The position numbers and the translations under genes were made by a program. The notes under the pieces are model-generated. The model was not told where the DNA came from and made no database searches. It saw only the letters and a list, made by a program, of their open reading frames with translations. Shown here one piece after another: positions 1-9,710 of a stretch of DNA of 41,705 nt. The DNA comes from a bacterium (GTDB taxonomy: Bacteria > SZUA-182 > DTGQ01), in contig JBFMGO010000041.1 in assembly GCA_040752695.1 (NCBI GenBank), forward strand, positions 1 to 41,705. Reading direction: 5' to 3'. Within the stretch, counting starts at the first letter, position 1, and every line of letters begins with the position of its first letter.

Positions 1-49
1 CATGTTTGGTCAAACTGGTAAAATGAATTCGAAATAGGAGATTACATAC

Positions 50-928
50 ATGATTGTAAGCATGACCGGATACGGGTGCGGCCTGGTTCAGGGAGATGGT
101 ATAACCATTTCGGTAGAGGGGCGATCCTTAAATCATAGATTTTTCGATATCACGATCAAGCTCCCACCTTCCCTCAACTGCCTGGAAAAAAAGATCCGGG
201 ATAAAATAACTTCCTCTTTTCAGCGGGGAAAAATCGATCTCTATATCGGCTTGAGTAAGTTTACTGAAGCGACCAGGCTTCAGATAAATTATGAAAATGC
301 TACGACTTATCATCAGGCACTGCTCGAACTGTGCAATCATCTTGAGATAAAGGAGGAAGTGAGTCTATCTTCGATGACGCCTTTCATTCGAGACATTATT
401 GCGGTTCAAGAGCAAGGGCTGAATGGGGATGCTTATTGGCCGCTCATCGAGCAGGCTGTGGATCAGGTGATTAATTCTATCCAGGAAATGAGGGTAACAG
501 AAGGAAAATCGCTCTTTAGCGATATTCAAAAGAGAGTTGACTATATTGAAGCCATTATCTATTCTATCCACGAAAGAGCTTCTCAACTGGTTTTAGAATA
601 TAAGACCCAGCTCATGACGAGAATCTCAGAGCATTTTCCTGAGTTGTCCTTAGAACCTGGAAGATTGGAGCAGGAGACGGTTCTTGTAGCCGAAAAGATT
701 GATATCACCGAAGAGCTGACCAGAATCGAAAGTCATTTGAGCCAAATGAAGGAGTTCTTATTAGCCGTCGGTCCCATCGGACGGAAACTGGACTTTCTGC
801 TACAGGAAATACATCGGGAAGTTAACACCCTGTCTTATAAATCAAATAGTGCCGATATTTCTCAAAAAGTTGTTGAGATAAAGGGTGAATTAGAGAAAAT
901 CCGAGAGCAGATTCAAAATATTGAATGA
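50..928 (+). CDS. yicC: YicC/YloC family endoribonuclease
   Basis: N-terminal SMTGYG, SLNHRF and C-terminal GRKLDFLLQEIHREVNTL...IREQIQNIE motifs; SD AGGAG upstream; precedes remA-gmk. Confidence 0.95.
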   Translation: MIVSMTGYGCGLVQGDGITISVEGRSLNHRFFDITIKLPPSLNCLEKKIRDKITSSFQRGKIDLYIGLSKFTEATRLQINYENATTYHQALLELCNHLEIKEEVSLSSMTPFIRDIIAVQEQGLNGDAYWPLIEQAVDQVINSIQEMRVTEGKSLFSDIQKRVDYIEAIIYSIHERASQLVLEYKTQLMTRISEHFPELSLEPGRLEQETVLVAEKIDITEELTRIESHLSQMKEFLLAVGPIGRKLDFLLQEIHREVNTLSYKSNSADISQKVVEIKGELEKIREQIQNIE

Positions 929-971
929 ATTTTGCATAAAAAAGGTTACCTTAATTAAGGGGAGAAAGTAG

Positions 972-1232
972 TTGAGCAGTTGCAATCAATTGATTAATGT
1001 CGGCTTTGGTAATATTGTCTTTGCCTCGAGGATCGTCGCAATCGCCATTCCCAATTCAGCGCCCATGAAACGATTCAAGGAAGACGCTAAAGAGAGCGGA
1101 AAATTGATAGACGTAACCCATGGCAGGCGTACACGATCCATTATTATTACGGATAGTGGGCATATCATTCTTTCCGCTGTACAGCCCGAGACTATTTCAC
1201 AGAGAATCGGTCTTGAAACTTCAAACATATAA
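972..1232 (+). CDS. remA: RemA/DUF370 family regulator (TTG start)
   Basis: [10 protein letters not shown]...SAPMKR...[31 protein letters not shown] matches the family; conserved yloC-remA-gmk order. Confidence 0.92.
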   Translation: MSSCNQLINVGFGNIVFASRIVAIAIPNSAPMKRFKEDAKESGKLIDVTHGRRTRSIIITDSGHIILSAVQPETISQRIGLETSNI

Positions 1233-1253
1233 AAACACTTAAACACCTATCAC

Positions 1254-1931
1254 ATGGAATTGTGCCTTCAAAGTTATGAATCGGCTGTTTTTGTCATTTC
1301 CGCTCCTTCGGGCGTGGGGAAGACAACCTTGCGCAATATTTTGCTCTCACGCATCCCTGATCTTTATTATTCAATTTCTTTTACAACGCGAAAGCCCAGA
1401 CCGGGCGAGGTGAATGGGAAGGATTATTTCTATGTGTCGAGAGAAGTTTTTCAAAAAAAAATAGAAAACCAATCATTTCTCGAATGGGCGCAAGTACACC
1501 AAAATTTCTATGGTACTCCAAAGGAGCCCATCATTGCTTCCCTGCAAGAGAAAAAGGATATCCTTTTAGACATCGATGTTCAGGGTGCTGGGATTCTGCA
1601 GGAAAAATTAAAGGGAGCGATCTTCATCTTCCTCCTTCCGCCCTCGTGGGAAGTACTGGAAGATCGGCTGAGGGGCCGCAAGACAGAGACGGATCTGCAG
1701 ATAATGGCCCGGCTGAAAACTGCCCGTGAGGAGGTTCATCATTGCTGGGGATATGACTACCTGATCGTAAATCATAAGTTGGAGGAGGTGGTCACAACAA
1801 TAGAAGCCATCATGGTGGCGGAACATAAAAGACCCTCAAGAATGAGATCCACTTTACTAAAACTGTTACAGGAGGATTCAGGATCCAGAAATACCGCTCA
1901 ACAGCCAGGTGTTCTCAATCCCAAAGCTTAG
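1254..1931 (+). CDS. gmk: Guanylate kinase
   Basis: P-loop SAPSGVGKTT, SFTTRKPRPGEVNGKDY, LDIDVQGA, IFLLPPS. Confidence 0.97.
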   Translation: MELCLQSYESAVFVISAPSGVGKTTLRNILLSRIPDLYYSISFTTRKPRPGEVNGKDYFYVSREVFQKKIENQSFLEWAQVHQNFYGTPKEPIIASLQEKKDILLDIDVQGAGILQEKLKGAIFIFLLPPSWEVLEDRLRGRKTETDLQIMARLKTAREEVHHCWGYDYLIVNHKLEEVVTTIEAIMVAEHKRPSRMRSTLLKLLQEDSGSRNTAQQPGVLNPKA

Positions 1932-2103
1932 GCTTCCGTATCCTCTCATTCGCAGCCATAAGGAAATGGAGAGTGGCTTGAAATAAAAGGCCATCCCAAA
2001 ACTTTCGTCAACCGGCGAACCGGTTACCTGAAATGGGGGGTTGGGATAGGATGTAAGTCCTGAGCTTATCGCATGTTATCATAACTCGAAGCGAGTTTTA
2101 AAG

Positions 2104-2137
2104 TAAGTATGTTAGGTAAATAAGTATGCTAGGTAAA
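2104..2137. repeat. 17-bp tandem duplication upstream of rpoZ
   Basis: TAAGTATGTTAGGTAAA followed by TAAGTATGCTAGGTAAA (1 mismatch). Confidence 0.8.
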
Positions 2138-2152
2138 TATGGAGGCAATAGA

Positions 2153-2494
2153 ATGACAGAATCTCCTCGTCAAGGATCCAAAATCCAGATGAGTTCAAAA
2201 TTCCAACTTGTAATCGCTGTATCTAAAAGGAGCAAGCAGATTGCAAGTGAGGCCAAAACAAAGGGTTTGAGTCCTAATCAGGTGGCGCTGGTAAAATCGA
2301 GATCCGTTAAATCTACCACCTTGGCTCTGGAAGAACTGAAGGCCGGGAAGGTTCGCTTTGCCATGAATAAAGGCTTATCCCATGAAACATCAATAAAGGA
2401 GCAATCCGATGACACGGAGGAAGAGGAGACGCCGGGTTTTTATGAAGATGTGTTTGAATCAGAGAAAATAGAAATAAGTGAAAGCAAATGTTAG
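2153..2494 (+). CDS. rpoZ: RNA polymerase omega subunit with acidic C-terminal extension
   Basis: SKFQLVIAVSKRSKQI...TTLALEELKAGKV fits the omega pattern; lies between gmk and coaBC; ATG at 2153 follows SD GGAGG (ORF track starts at 2126). Confidence 0.85.
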   Translation: MTESPRQGSKIQMSSKFQLVIAVSKRSKQIASEAKTKGLSPNQVALVKSRSVKSTTLALEELKAGKVRFAMNKGLSHETSIKEQSDDTEEEETPGFYEDVFESEKIEISESKC

Positions 2495-3729
2495 ACCAAA
2501 AACAAATAGTCCTGGGAGTGGGGGGAAGTATTGCAGCGTATAAATCCGTAGAGATCCTGAGGGCCTTGTGCCGGTTAGGCGCTGTTGTGACCGTGGTGAT
2601 GACCAAAAATGCCCTCGAATTTATTTCTCCGCTTACCTTTCAGACTCTTTCAGGGCAAAAGACCGTCACCACCCTGTTTGATTCAAAAGAAGCGTTCAGG
2701 CCGGAGCATATCGCTCTATCACAAAAAGCCGATTTAGTGCTCGTGGCTCCGGCTACGGCCAACCTGATCGGAAAATTCGCCGGCGGGATCGCTGATGATT
2801 CCCTGACCTCGTTGTTTTTATCGGTACGCTCACCCATCCTGCTGGCCCCGGCCATGAACCCGGCCATGTATGCCAATCCGTTCGTCCAAAGAAACCTTCG
2901 GCTCCTGGAGGAAAGGGAAGTGGGGATCATCGAGCCCGCAGTCGGTGAGGTAGCCTGCGGAGAGGGTGGACAGGGGAGGCTGGCGCCGGTCGAAGACATT
3001 ATCGATCGCGTCGTGCTCAGGCTCGGTGGAAAGAGCCCTTTACGCAAAACGAAAGTCCTCATTTCTGCTGGACCCACCAGGGAGTATCTCGATCCTGTCC
3101 GTTATATCAGCAACGGATCTTCGGGGAAAATGGGATTTGCCCTGGCCAGAGCCGCATACCTCCGGGGGGCACAGGTCACTCTAGTCAGTGGCCCGAATTC
3201 GCTGCCGCGTCCTTGCGCTGGTATCGAATATATTCCGGTTACCAGTACGTTGGAGATGATGCAGGCTCTTGAGCAGCATTTTCCTTCCTCTTCGGTCACG
3301 ATCATGGCTGCTGCGGTGTCTGATTTCAGGCCCGTCCGGAAGGAACATCATAAGATCAAAAAGAGCGGCCTATCATCTCATTCTCTCGAGCTGGAGAAAA
3401 CTCCGGATATTCTCAGGCACCTGGGTCGGATCAAAACCGCACAGCAGATCCTGGTCGGATTTGCAGCAGAAACTGAAAAATTGCTGGCTCACTCTCTCGG
3501 CAAATTAGAGGAGAAAAACCTGGATCTCATATGCGGCAACGATATAACCCAGGAAGGGGCCGGTTTCGATACGGATACCAATATCCTGACTCTCATCGAT
3601 TCACGCAGGGAAGTCGTTCATCTGCCCCTTTTAAGCAAAGAGAAAGCGGCTTTGCGGGTCATCGAAAAAGTCGAGAGCCTGCTCCTGGAAAAAAGTCCTT
3701 CCTCTACACTTGAGCCCGTCGTCCGGTAA
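2488..3729 (+). CDS. coaBC: Bifunctional phosphopantothenoylcysteine decarboxylase/synthase
   Basis: GGSIAAYK, APATAN, APAMN, GPTREYLDPVRYISNGSSGKMG, AAVSDF, GFAAET. Confidence 0.97.
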   Translation: MLDQKQIVLGVGGSIAAYKSVEILRALCRLGAVVTVVMTKNALEFISPLTFQTLSGQKTVTTLFDSKEAFRPEHIALSQKADLVLVAPATANLIGKFAGGIADDSLTSLFLSVRSPILLAPAMNPAMYANPFVQRNLRLLEEREVGIIEPAVGEVACGEGGQGRLAPVEDIIDRVVLRLGGKSPLRKTKVLISAGPTREYLDPVRYISNGSSGKMGFALARAAYLRGAQVTLVSGPNSLPRPCAGIEYIPVTSTLEMMQALEQHFPSSSVTIMAAAVSDFRPVRKEHHKIKKSGLSSHSLELEKTPDILRHLGRIKTAQQILVGFAAETEKLLAHSLGKLEEKNLDLICGNDITQEGAGFDTDTNILTLIDSRREVVHLPLLSKEKAALRVIEKVESLLLEKSPSSTLEPVVR

Positions 3730-4603
3730 TATAGTTTTCCAGCATTTTATTGACTCTTTCGAGCTCGTTCGATTTGGCCTCGGTTTCTTTCAGAAGTTCT
3801 TCGATTTTCCGCTCGGCCAGTTTTCGCTCGGTTATATCCTTGAAGACGACGCCGGTTCCTGTAGTCTCACCCTTGTCATTTTTAATATGGGCGAAGGAAG
3901 CCAACACGAATTTTTTCTTATTATCTTTGGTAGTAATTTCGAATTCCAGGTCTCTTTGTGATTCATTGTCTTTCAGAATCTGCTGGAAGGATTCCTGGCC
4001 TTCGGCAGAGTGGAACAGCCGGTTAAGATCTACACTGGCCAGCTCATCCTTGGAATAGCCGCTGATTTTTGACGAGGCAGGATTTGAAGAGAGAATTTTC
4101 GTTTCAGGATTGAGGATAATAATCCCATCTAAAGAGGTCTCGAACAAATTTCGATACCGCTCCTCAGACTCACGCAACTGGCTCTCGAGTTTGGCTTTTT
4201 CCTCTTCGAAAATCAGTCGCTGGAGGTTTTCCTTAATCACATAGGGAATCCTCTCGACGTAGTTATCCTTCTTGATAACGTAATCAAAAGCCCCTTCTTT
4301 CATAATCTGGACAGCGATATCCTCGCTTCCATGAGCAGTAATGACAATTACCGGCAAATCAGGCTTCATTTTTTTCAAGGATTGTAAAACATGCAAACCA
4401 TCCATTTCCGGCAGAGAGTAATCGAGAAGGATAATGTCAAACTCGTTTTCATTTTTGACCAGGTCAAGGCATTCCTCGCCGGAAGAGACATGGGTAAAGA
4501 AATATTGCATGGTGCTTTTATCCAAAACACGCTTGACCAGCTTGGCCTGAATTAAATCATCTTCTACCAACAGTATGCGGGGATTTTGAATTTGCATGGT
4601 CAT
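3704..4603 (-). CDS. Receiver + PAS protein ending in a coiled coil, with no output domain
   Basis: ILLVEDD...ILLDYSLPEMDG...VITAHG receiver; ESEERYRNLFE...KDITERK PAS; 3' end overlaps coaBC convergently by 26 bp. Confidence 0.88.
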   Translation of the reverse strand: MTMQIQNPRILLVEDDLIQAKLVKRVLDKSTMQYFFTHVSSGEECLDLVKNENEFDIILLDYSLPEMDGLHVLQSLKKMKPDLPVIVITAHGSEDIAVQIMKEGAFDYVIKKDNYVERIPYVIKENLQRLIFEEEKAKLESQLRESEERYRNLFETSLDGIIILNPETKILSSNPASSKISGYSKDELASVDLNRLFHSAEGQESFQQILKDNESQRDLEFEITTKDNKKKFVLASFAHIKNDKGETTGTGVVFKDITERKLAERKIEELLKETEAKSNELERVNKMLENYITGRRAQV

Positions 4604-4609
4604 TCTCCT

Positions 4610-5035
4610 TCAATAAGGTGTCTCGTTAACATTCATCCAATAGTGCTCAATAGAGCGGATCTTTTGGTTAAATTCTTCATAACCCAATGGCTTGGTAATA
4701 TAACTGTTGGCATGGAATTCATAACATTTTTCCAGGTCAGTCCGGTTGCTGGAGGTAGTCAGTATCACGACGGGGATATACTGCAATTTGGGCGATTGCT
4801 TGATCCGTCGCAGAATTTCGAGGCCATTGACTTTCGGCAGATTGATGTCCATGAGGATCAGGTGAGGATAGATGAATTCTTCTTCCGGTGATTTCACCTC
4901 CTGATTGAGGAGATAGTTGAACGCCTCTTCGCCATCTTGGATAATGGTTAACCGATTGTTAAAACCGCTTTTTTTTAAGGCCCTTTCCACCAACTTGATA
5001 TGAACCGGGTCGTCTTCAATCAATAAAATATGCAT
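4610..5035 (-). CDS. Single-domain response regulator (Rcp1-like)
   Basis: ILLIEDD, ILMDINLPKVNGLE, VVILTTS, YEFHANSYITKP, C-terminal HYW typical of Rcp1-type receivers. Confidence 0.92.
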   Translation of the reverse strand: MHILLIEDDPVHIKLVERALKKSGFNNRLTIIQDGEEAFNYLLNQEVKSPEEEFIYPHLILMDINLPKVNGLEILRRIKQSPKLQYIPVVILTTSSNRTDLEKCYEFHANSYITKPLGYEEFNQKIRSIEHYWMNVNETPY

Positions 5036-5050
5036 CGATCTAACCTAACC

Positions 5051-6184
5051 CTAGTGTCCAGGAGAAAATAATGGATTATAATCTTTTACTGGGAGGGAAA
5101 AATAAAAGGTAGATCCCTTTCCCTTGGCAGATTCGACCCACACTTGACCTTTGTGCCCCTCAATGATTCTCTTCACAATAGTTAACCCGACGCCGGTACT
5201 ATTGACATCTTTCACCTCGTTGAGAGTCTGGAAAATTTCAAAGATCTTCTTAAAGTACCTTTCCTCGATACCAATGCCATTGTCCTGAACGGAGAAAATG
5301 TGATAATTATCTTTTATCGTATGATTAATGGCAATAGAAGGATAAGGATTATCATCTCCCATAAATTTGATCGCATTATGTAAAAGATTGACCAGGGCAA
5401 GCACAATCTGCTCTCTATTGCAGTAAACAGTCGGCATATCTTCACCGATGGTCAGTTTGACATTCTTTTCCTTGAGTGAGAGTGTAAGCTGTTCTACTGA
5501 ATCTTGAATGATTCTCTTGGCTGATACGTCTTCGTTTTGATTCTGGGCTTTACTTAAGCGGGAAAGATCCAGAAGATCCCGCACAAGAAGACCCATGCGG
5601 TGGACGCTGTTCTTGATGTCCAGAAGATATTCTTTCCCCTGATCATCCAATTGGCTGTAGCAGTCCTCCATCAGTGCCCCGGCCAGGCCCTGAAGGGAAA
5701 CGAGCGGAGATCGCAAGTCGTGAGATACGGTGTAAACAAAATTTTCCAGTTCATCGTTTTTGATCTTCAGCTCCATGTTGCGGTTTCGCAATTCACTTTC
5801 CAGATTCATCCTTTTGGTAATGTCACGGATTATTCCAATAACGGAGGTACTCTTATCTTCCGGTTTATCCGTTTCACGGCAGGCAGGCACCGCAGTTATC
5901 TCGAGCCAGTGGCCATACTTATCCTTTTTAAGATGTTTAAAAGAAGGTTTTCCGTTTTCGAGGATTTCCTTAATCGGACAATCCTCTTCGCACGGGGAAG
6001 TTCGGCCAAAGAACATTTCAAAGCAGTGCTGGCCCACCTGGTCGCCATACATCTCAATAAGCGGTTGATTGAGGAATTCCACTTTCCGCCGCTTATCTTT
6101 CATAATGATTCCATCACCCATGTTCATCAAGACAGTGCTTAAATGATAATCTTCCAGTTTAATGGTTTTTTTTGGGGGGGTCAC
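5051..6184 (-). CDS. Soluble PAS-domain sensor histidine kinase
   Basis: PAS with CFEMFFGRTSPCEEDCP; H-box SHDLRSPL; N-box NLLHNAIKF; G boxes DNGIGI and GVGLTIV; no TM segment seen. Confidence 0.93.
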   Translation of the reverse strand: MTPPKKTIKLEDYHLSTVLMNMGDGIIMKDKRRKVEFLNQPLIEMYGDQVGQHCFEMFFGRTSPCEEDCPIKEILENGKPSFKHLKKDKYGHWLEITAVPACRETDKPEDKSTSVIGIIRDITKRMNLESELRNRNMELKIKNDELENFVYTVSHDLRSPLVSLQGLAGALMEDCYSQLDDQGKEYLLDIKNSVHRMGLLVRDLLDLSRLSKAQNQNEDVSAKRIIQDSVEQLTLSLKEKNVKLTIGEDMPTVYCNREQIVLALVNLLHNAIKFMGDDNPYPSIAINHTIKDNYHIFSVQDNGIGIEERYFKKIFEIFQTLNEVKDVNSTGVGLTIVKRIIEGHKGQVWVESAKGKGSTFYFSLPVKDYNPLFSPGH

Positions 6185-6380
6185 GAGAATTCCTCTCTTT
6201 AGAGATAAACCGGCTTTAACGTAAATTCACCTTAATGTACCCTGGCCACGGGGGAGTTTTACGATCATGGTCATGATGTCCTTTATAATAGTATTATGCG
6301 AAAGGAGGGCTAAAGTCAATAATAAATAAAGAGAGATGGGATCGTTCTTTGACGAAACCGCTTTTTTTATGTGTTATCGG

Positions 6381-7397
6381 TTATCCACCGAATCGTCGTG
6401 GCTGAGTATAACGATCGATAAAAAGAGCAACGACATTCATATGGAGAATGGCCGTACACATGCCCTCGACACGGGTTCCGTAGTTTCTCACAAAAAAGGT
6501 AAAGATGCCGATTCCAACTCCGTAAATGATTTTCCCATACAGGGTTACCGGACTGGTTACCCAGTCAGTGGCCATAAAAAAGGCTCCCAGGATCAATCCC
6601 CCCGCCAGGATCTGGAAAATAGGATCCTTGCCAAAAGCGATTGATAAAATAGCTGTGGTGATCAGGATGCTGCCTGGAATTTTCAAATCGATGTGCCCTT
6701 TGTACATAAGGTAGGCGGCTCCCAGCAAAAGGGCTAAAGAGGAGCCTCCAATCACGCCGCCAATATTTCCCACAAGCAGGCTCCCGTAACCGGAAAGAGT
6801 GCTGAATACGGGGGATCCTGCGCGGGCGATAGCCAATGGTGTAGCAGCTGTGATTCCATCTATTGCTTTCCCGGAAAAGTCCGTAATAATAACACCGTTC
6901 TCGAAAAATCTGGCTGTGAGAATTTTCGAAAATGAATGAGATTTCCACCAAAGAGGAACGATATATGATTCCACCAGCGGGTGCCAGACCGTAAAGACAA
7001 AAACGAAGGTGCGGGCAAACAGGGCCGGGTTAAAAACATTCTTTCCCAATCCCCCAAAGAGTTCTTTGGCAACAGCAATCGCCACGATCCCTCCCAGGGC
7101 AGCAAGCCACCATGGTGTGGTAGGAGGTAAGGAGAGGGCGAGCAGTAATCCGGTTACAACTGCGCTCCAGTCGTTGAGACTGAAAGGGCGGCCGAGAACG
7201 GCGCGGATAAAGTATTCAGTTCCCATGGTGGATAAGATACAAACACCTGTTACAAAAAGGGCATTCAATCCGAAAAAATAGATCGCGGCCAAAAGGGCCG
7301 GAAAAAGAGCAATGGTCACATCACGCATGGCTGTGGCAACATTGCCAGTAGTTTTGATATGAGGAGGGGTACTGACTGTTAACTGATATTCCGTCAT
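6381..7397 (-). CDS. rnfD: RnfD/RsxD/NqrB family membrane subunit
   Basis: KELFGGLGKNVFNPAL, DGITAATPL (flavinylation Thr region), GAFFMATDWVTSP, PRRFG. Confidence 0.95.
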   Translation of the reverse strand: MTEYQLTVSTPPHIKTTGNVATAMRDVTIALFPALLAAIYFFGLNALFVTGVCILSTMGTEYFIRAVLGRPFSLNDWSAVVTGLLLALSLPPTTPWWLAALGGIVAIAVAKELFGGLGKNVFNPALFARTFVFVFTVWHPLVESYIVPLWWKSHSFSKILTARFFENGVIITDFSGKAIDGITAATPLAIARAGSPVFSTLSGYGSLLVGNIGGVIGGSSLALLLGAAYLMYKGHIDLKIPGSILITTAILSIAFGKDPIFQILAGGLILGAFFMATDWVTSPVTLYGKIIYGVGIGIFTFFVRNYGTRVEGMCTAILHMNVVALFIDRYTQPRRFGG

Positions 7398-7401
7398 TGG
7401 G

Positions 7402-8745
7402 TTAACCTCTCACCATTGCTTTTTTCTTTTGGGCCATAATCTGAGCTTTGGCCTGTCTGATAAATTTGATCATCGGTCTACGGGATGGACATACAAAGGC
7501 GCAGGATCCACATTCCATACAATCCAGCGCACCGCACTCATCGGCATCCCGGTATCGTCCTTTTTCCGAAAAATGGCCAATCATATTTGGAACCAGAAAC
7601 ATGGGACAACTTTCAGCGCATTTCCCGCATTTAAGACAAGGCAGGTATTGATCGGGATCAGGAACCATATTCTGGGGGAATACGACAATCCCGGAGGTTC
7701 CCTTGACAATGGAGGTATCAAGGTTGGAAAGAGCAAACCCCGTCATAGGCCCTCCGATAACGATTTTTCCAGGGAACCCCTCTTTCCATCCGCCGCAAAA
7801 AGAAATTAAATGCTGGATGGGTGTTCCCAGTTTGGCCATGACATTCTGCGGGTTTTTGATCCCTGCGCCGGTCACAGTCAATACTCGCTCGATCAAAGGC
7901 TTGCCGTATTTAATGGCCTCGTAAATAGCCAGGATAGTCCCTACGTTTTGAACGACCGCTCCCACCTCGCTGGGAAGCTTGCGAAGAGGGACCTCCCGGT
8001 TCAAGACCGCTTTGATAAGCTGCTTCTCACACCCTTGCGGATATTTTGTCTGAAGGCCAATTACTCGGATGCTGTTGAGGGCAAGACCGTTTACTGCCTT
8101 CTGGACGGTTTCGATAGCATCAGGTTTATTGCTTTCAATACCGATGTATGCGGTCTTGGCCTCGATGATCTTCATGACTAGATGAACCCCTTTCAGGAAA
8201 TCATCCGTATTTTCCAGCATCACCCGGTGATCGCAGGTCAGGAAGGATTCGCATTCACAGGCATTGATTACCAGGCTGTCAATCGCTTTGTCTTTCGGCG
8301 GAGACAACTTTACGAAGGTTGGGAAGGCAGCCCCTCCCATACCCACGATACCCGCTTCTTTGACGATCGATTTCAGCCTTTCTACGGGCTCTTTTTCCGG
8401 ATTGGCGATTCCCTGAAAGACGATAGATTCCTGCTTCTTATCCGGAATGATGGTAATGCTCGTGATTTCCGCTCCTGTAAAGTGCGGCCGGGGAGCGATA
8501 GATTCAATGACACCAGAAACACTCGCGTGGATAGGCGCAGAAATGAACGCCTCGGATTCGGCGATTTTTTGCCCTGCCTTGACCCGTTGTCCGGCTTCCA
8601 CCAGCGGCTTGCAAGGAACGCCGATGTGTTGGCTTAAAGGAAGAACTATTTTTTCGGGTATGGAGCAGGTGACAATGGCTTTGTGTTCTGTTTCCGACTT
8701 GTGGTGCGGAGGATGAATCCCGCCTTTAAAGGATGGTAGTTGCAT
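7402..8745 (-). CDS. rnfC: RnfC/RsxC NADH-interacting flavin/Fe-S subunit
   Basis: FKGGIHP, GIVGMGGAAFPT, NACECE, GGPMTG, two ferredoxin motifs CLKCGKCAESCP and CMECGSCAFVCP. Confidence 0.96.
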   Translation of the reverse strand: MQLPSFKGGIHPPHHKSETEHKAIVTCSIPEKIVLPLSQHIGVPCKPLVEAGQRVKAGQKIAESEAFISAPIHASVSGVIESIAPRPHFTGAEITSITIIPDKKQESIVFQGIANPEKEPVERLKSIVKEAGIVGMGGAAFPTFVKLSPPKDKAIDSLVINACECESFLTCDHRVMLENTDDFLKGVHLVMKIIEAKTAYIGIESNKPDAIETVQKAVNGLALNSIRVIGLQTKYPQGCEKQLIKAVLNREVPLRKLPSEVGAVVQNVGTILAIYEAIKYGKPLIERVLTVTGAGIKNPQNVMAKLGTPIQHLISFCGGWKEGFPGKIVIGGPMTGFALSNLDTSIVKGTSGIVVFPQNMVPDPDQYLPCLKCGKCAESCPMFLVPNMIGHFSEKGRYRDADECGALDCMECGSCAFVCPSRRPMIKFIRQAKAQIMAQKKKAMVRG

Positions 8746-8818
8746 ATTCTTTTCCCATATCTGATTAAACGTGGAGAAGAGGTTTCTCTTTACATCGTTT
8801 CATGTGCTGCTGCTTTTT

Positions 8819-9574
8819 TTATGAATGTACGGCAGCTTCTTCGACCACTTTCGGCTCTACGTTAAAGAGGATCAATTTAAACAACGGCCACCCTTCCATA
8901 GAGGCTATATAGGCATGGATAGTGGTAAAAATAACGTAGAACCACATGATGCCGGCATGTACTCCCGTAAAAACCTGTTTGGCCAGCTCAAGGGATCCAA
9001 AAGAGGCCGCCAATCCACTTAATAAAAATTCGGGCCAAAGAATCATGAACCCGGTTATACCCTGAACAATGAGCATAATCCAGAAAAGATTATAGGTTAA
9101 TTTCTGCAAAGATGCGTACTTGGCGATATGCGGGTAGTGATCTTCGAGAAATAAATAATACTTGAGGACAGCGGGCGTATTGAGAATGTCTTTTTTGCCA
9201 AAGGAAAAGTCCTGCCAGGTTTTCACCTTTCCATAAAAAGCATACCAGAACCGCACGCCGAAGTTAATGAGGATGATGACCATAAAGCAGTAATGATGGA
9301 TTTTCATCTGGGTATGTTGAGGTTTAAGCCAGTCGAACCGCAAGACGAGCCCTGTAAGGGTGAGGCCCGCAATGGCTATCAGATGGACCCAGTGCATTAA
9401 TCTGGCAGGCACCGAGATATACTCATCTTCCGTTACCGGTCTGAAGTTCCCCTCTACGAATCGATTTTTGAACCGGCCGGTGATTATGTTCCCCATGAAA
9501 TGAAGAATGATGACAATGAGTGATAATGCAAAGATAGCCAAGGCAATACGATCAATGATAGGGTAAGCAATCAT
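8819..9574 (-). CDS. Di-heme cytochrome b membrane protein (HyaC/FdnI-like)
   Basis: RLMHWVH, IHH, YASLQKLTY, VHAGIMWFYVIFTTIHAY His-ligand pattern within hydrophobic helices; ATG at 9574 follows an SD (ORF track starts at 9652). Confidence 0.85.
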   Translation of the reverse strand: MIAYPIIDRIALAIFALSLIVIILHFMGNIITGRFKNRFVEGNFRPVTEDEYISVPARLMHWVHLIAIAGLTLTGLVLRFDWLKPQHTQMKIHHYCFMVIILINFGVRFWYAFYGKVKTWQDFSFGKKDILNTPAVLKYYLFLEDHYPHIAKYASLQKLTYNLFWIMLIVQGITGFMILWPEFLLSGLAASFGSLELAKQVFTGVHAGIMWFYVIFTTIHAYIASMEGWPLFKLILFNVEPKVVEEAAVHS

Positions 9575-9644
9575 TCCTTTCGTTCCTCCCGCGAAAAGTT
9601 TTTGACGCCGGTTTTTATTCCCATAGTTTGCGAGGTCGTTTTTC

Positions 9645-9692
9645 AATACCAAGAGGATTTTCAGTCGCTCGGAATACCAAGAGGATTTTCAG
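9645..9692. repeat. Perfect 20-bp direct repeat (28-bp period) in the leader of cytb-rnfCD
   Basis: AATACCAAGAGGATTTTCAG at 9645-9664 and 9673-9692. Confidence 0.9.
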
Positions 9693-9710
9693 GCATAAAG
9701 AGCTTTGTCT

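Noticed and set aside
5051..6184. Bacteriophytochrome, suggested by the Rcp1-like partner
   Set aside because: No GAF/PHY photosensory module; only a single PAS domain precedes the kinase core
9645..9692. Possible CRISPR repeat pair
   Set aside because: The 20-bp repeat with an 8-bp spacer is too short, has only two copies and no cas genes nearby
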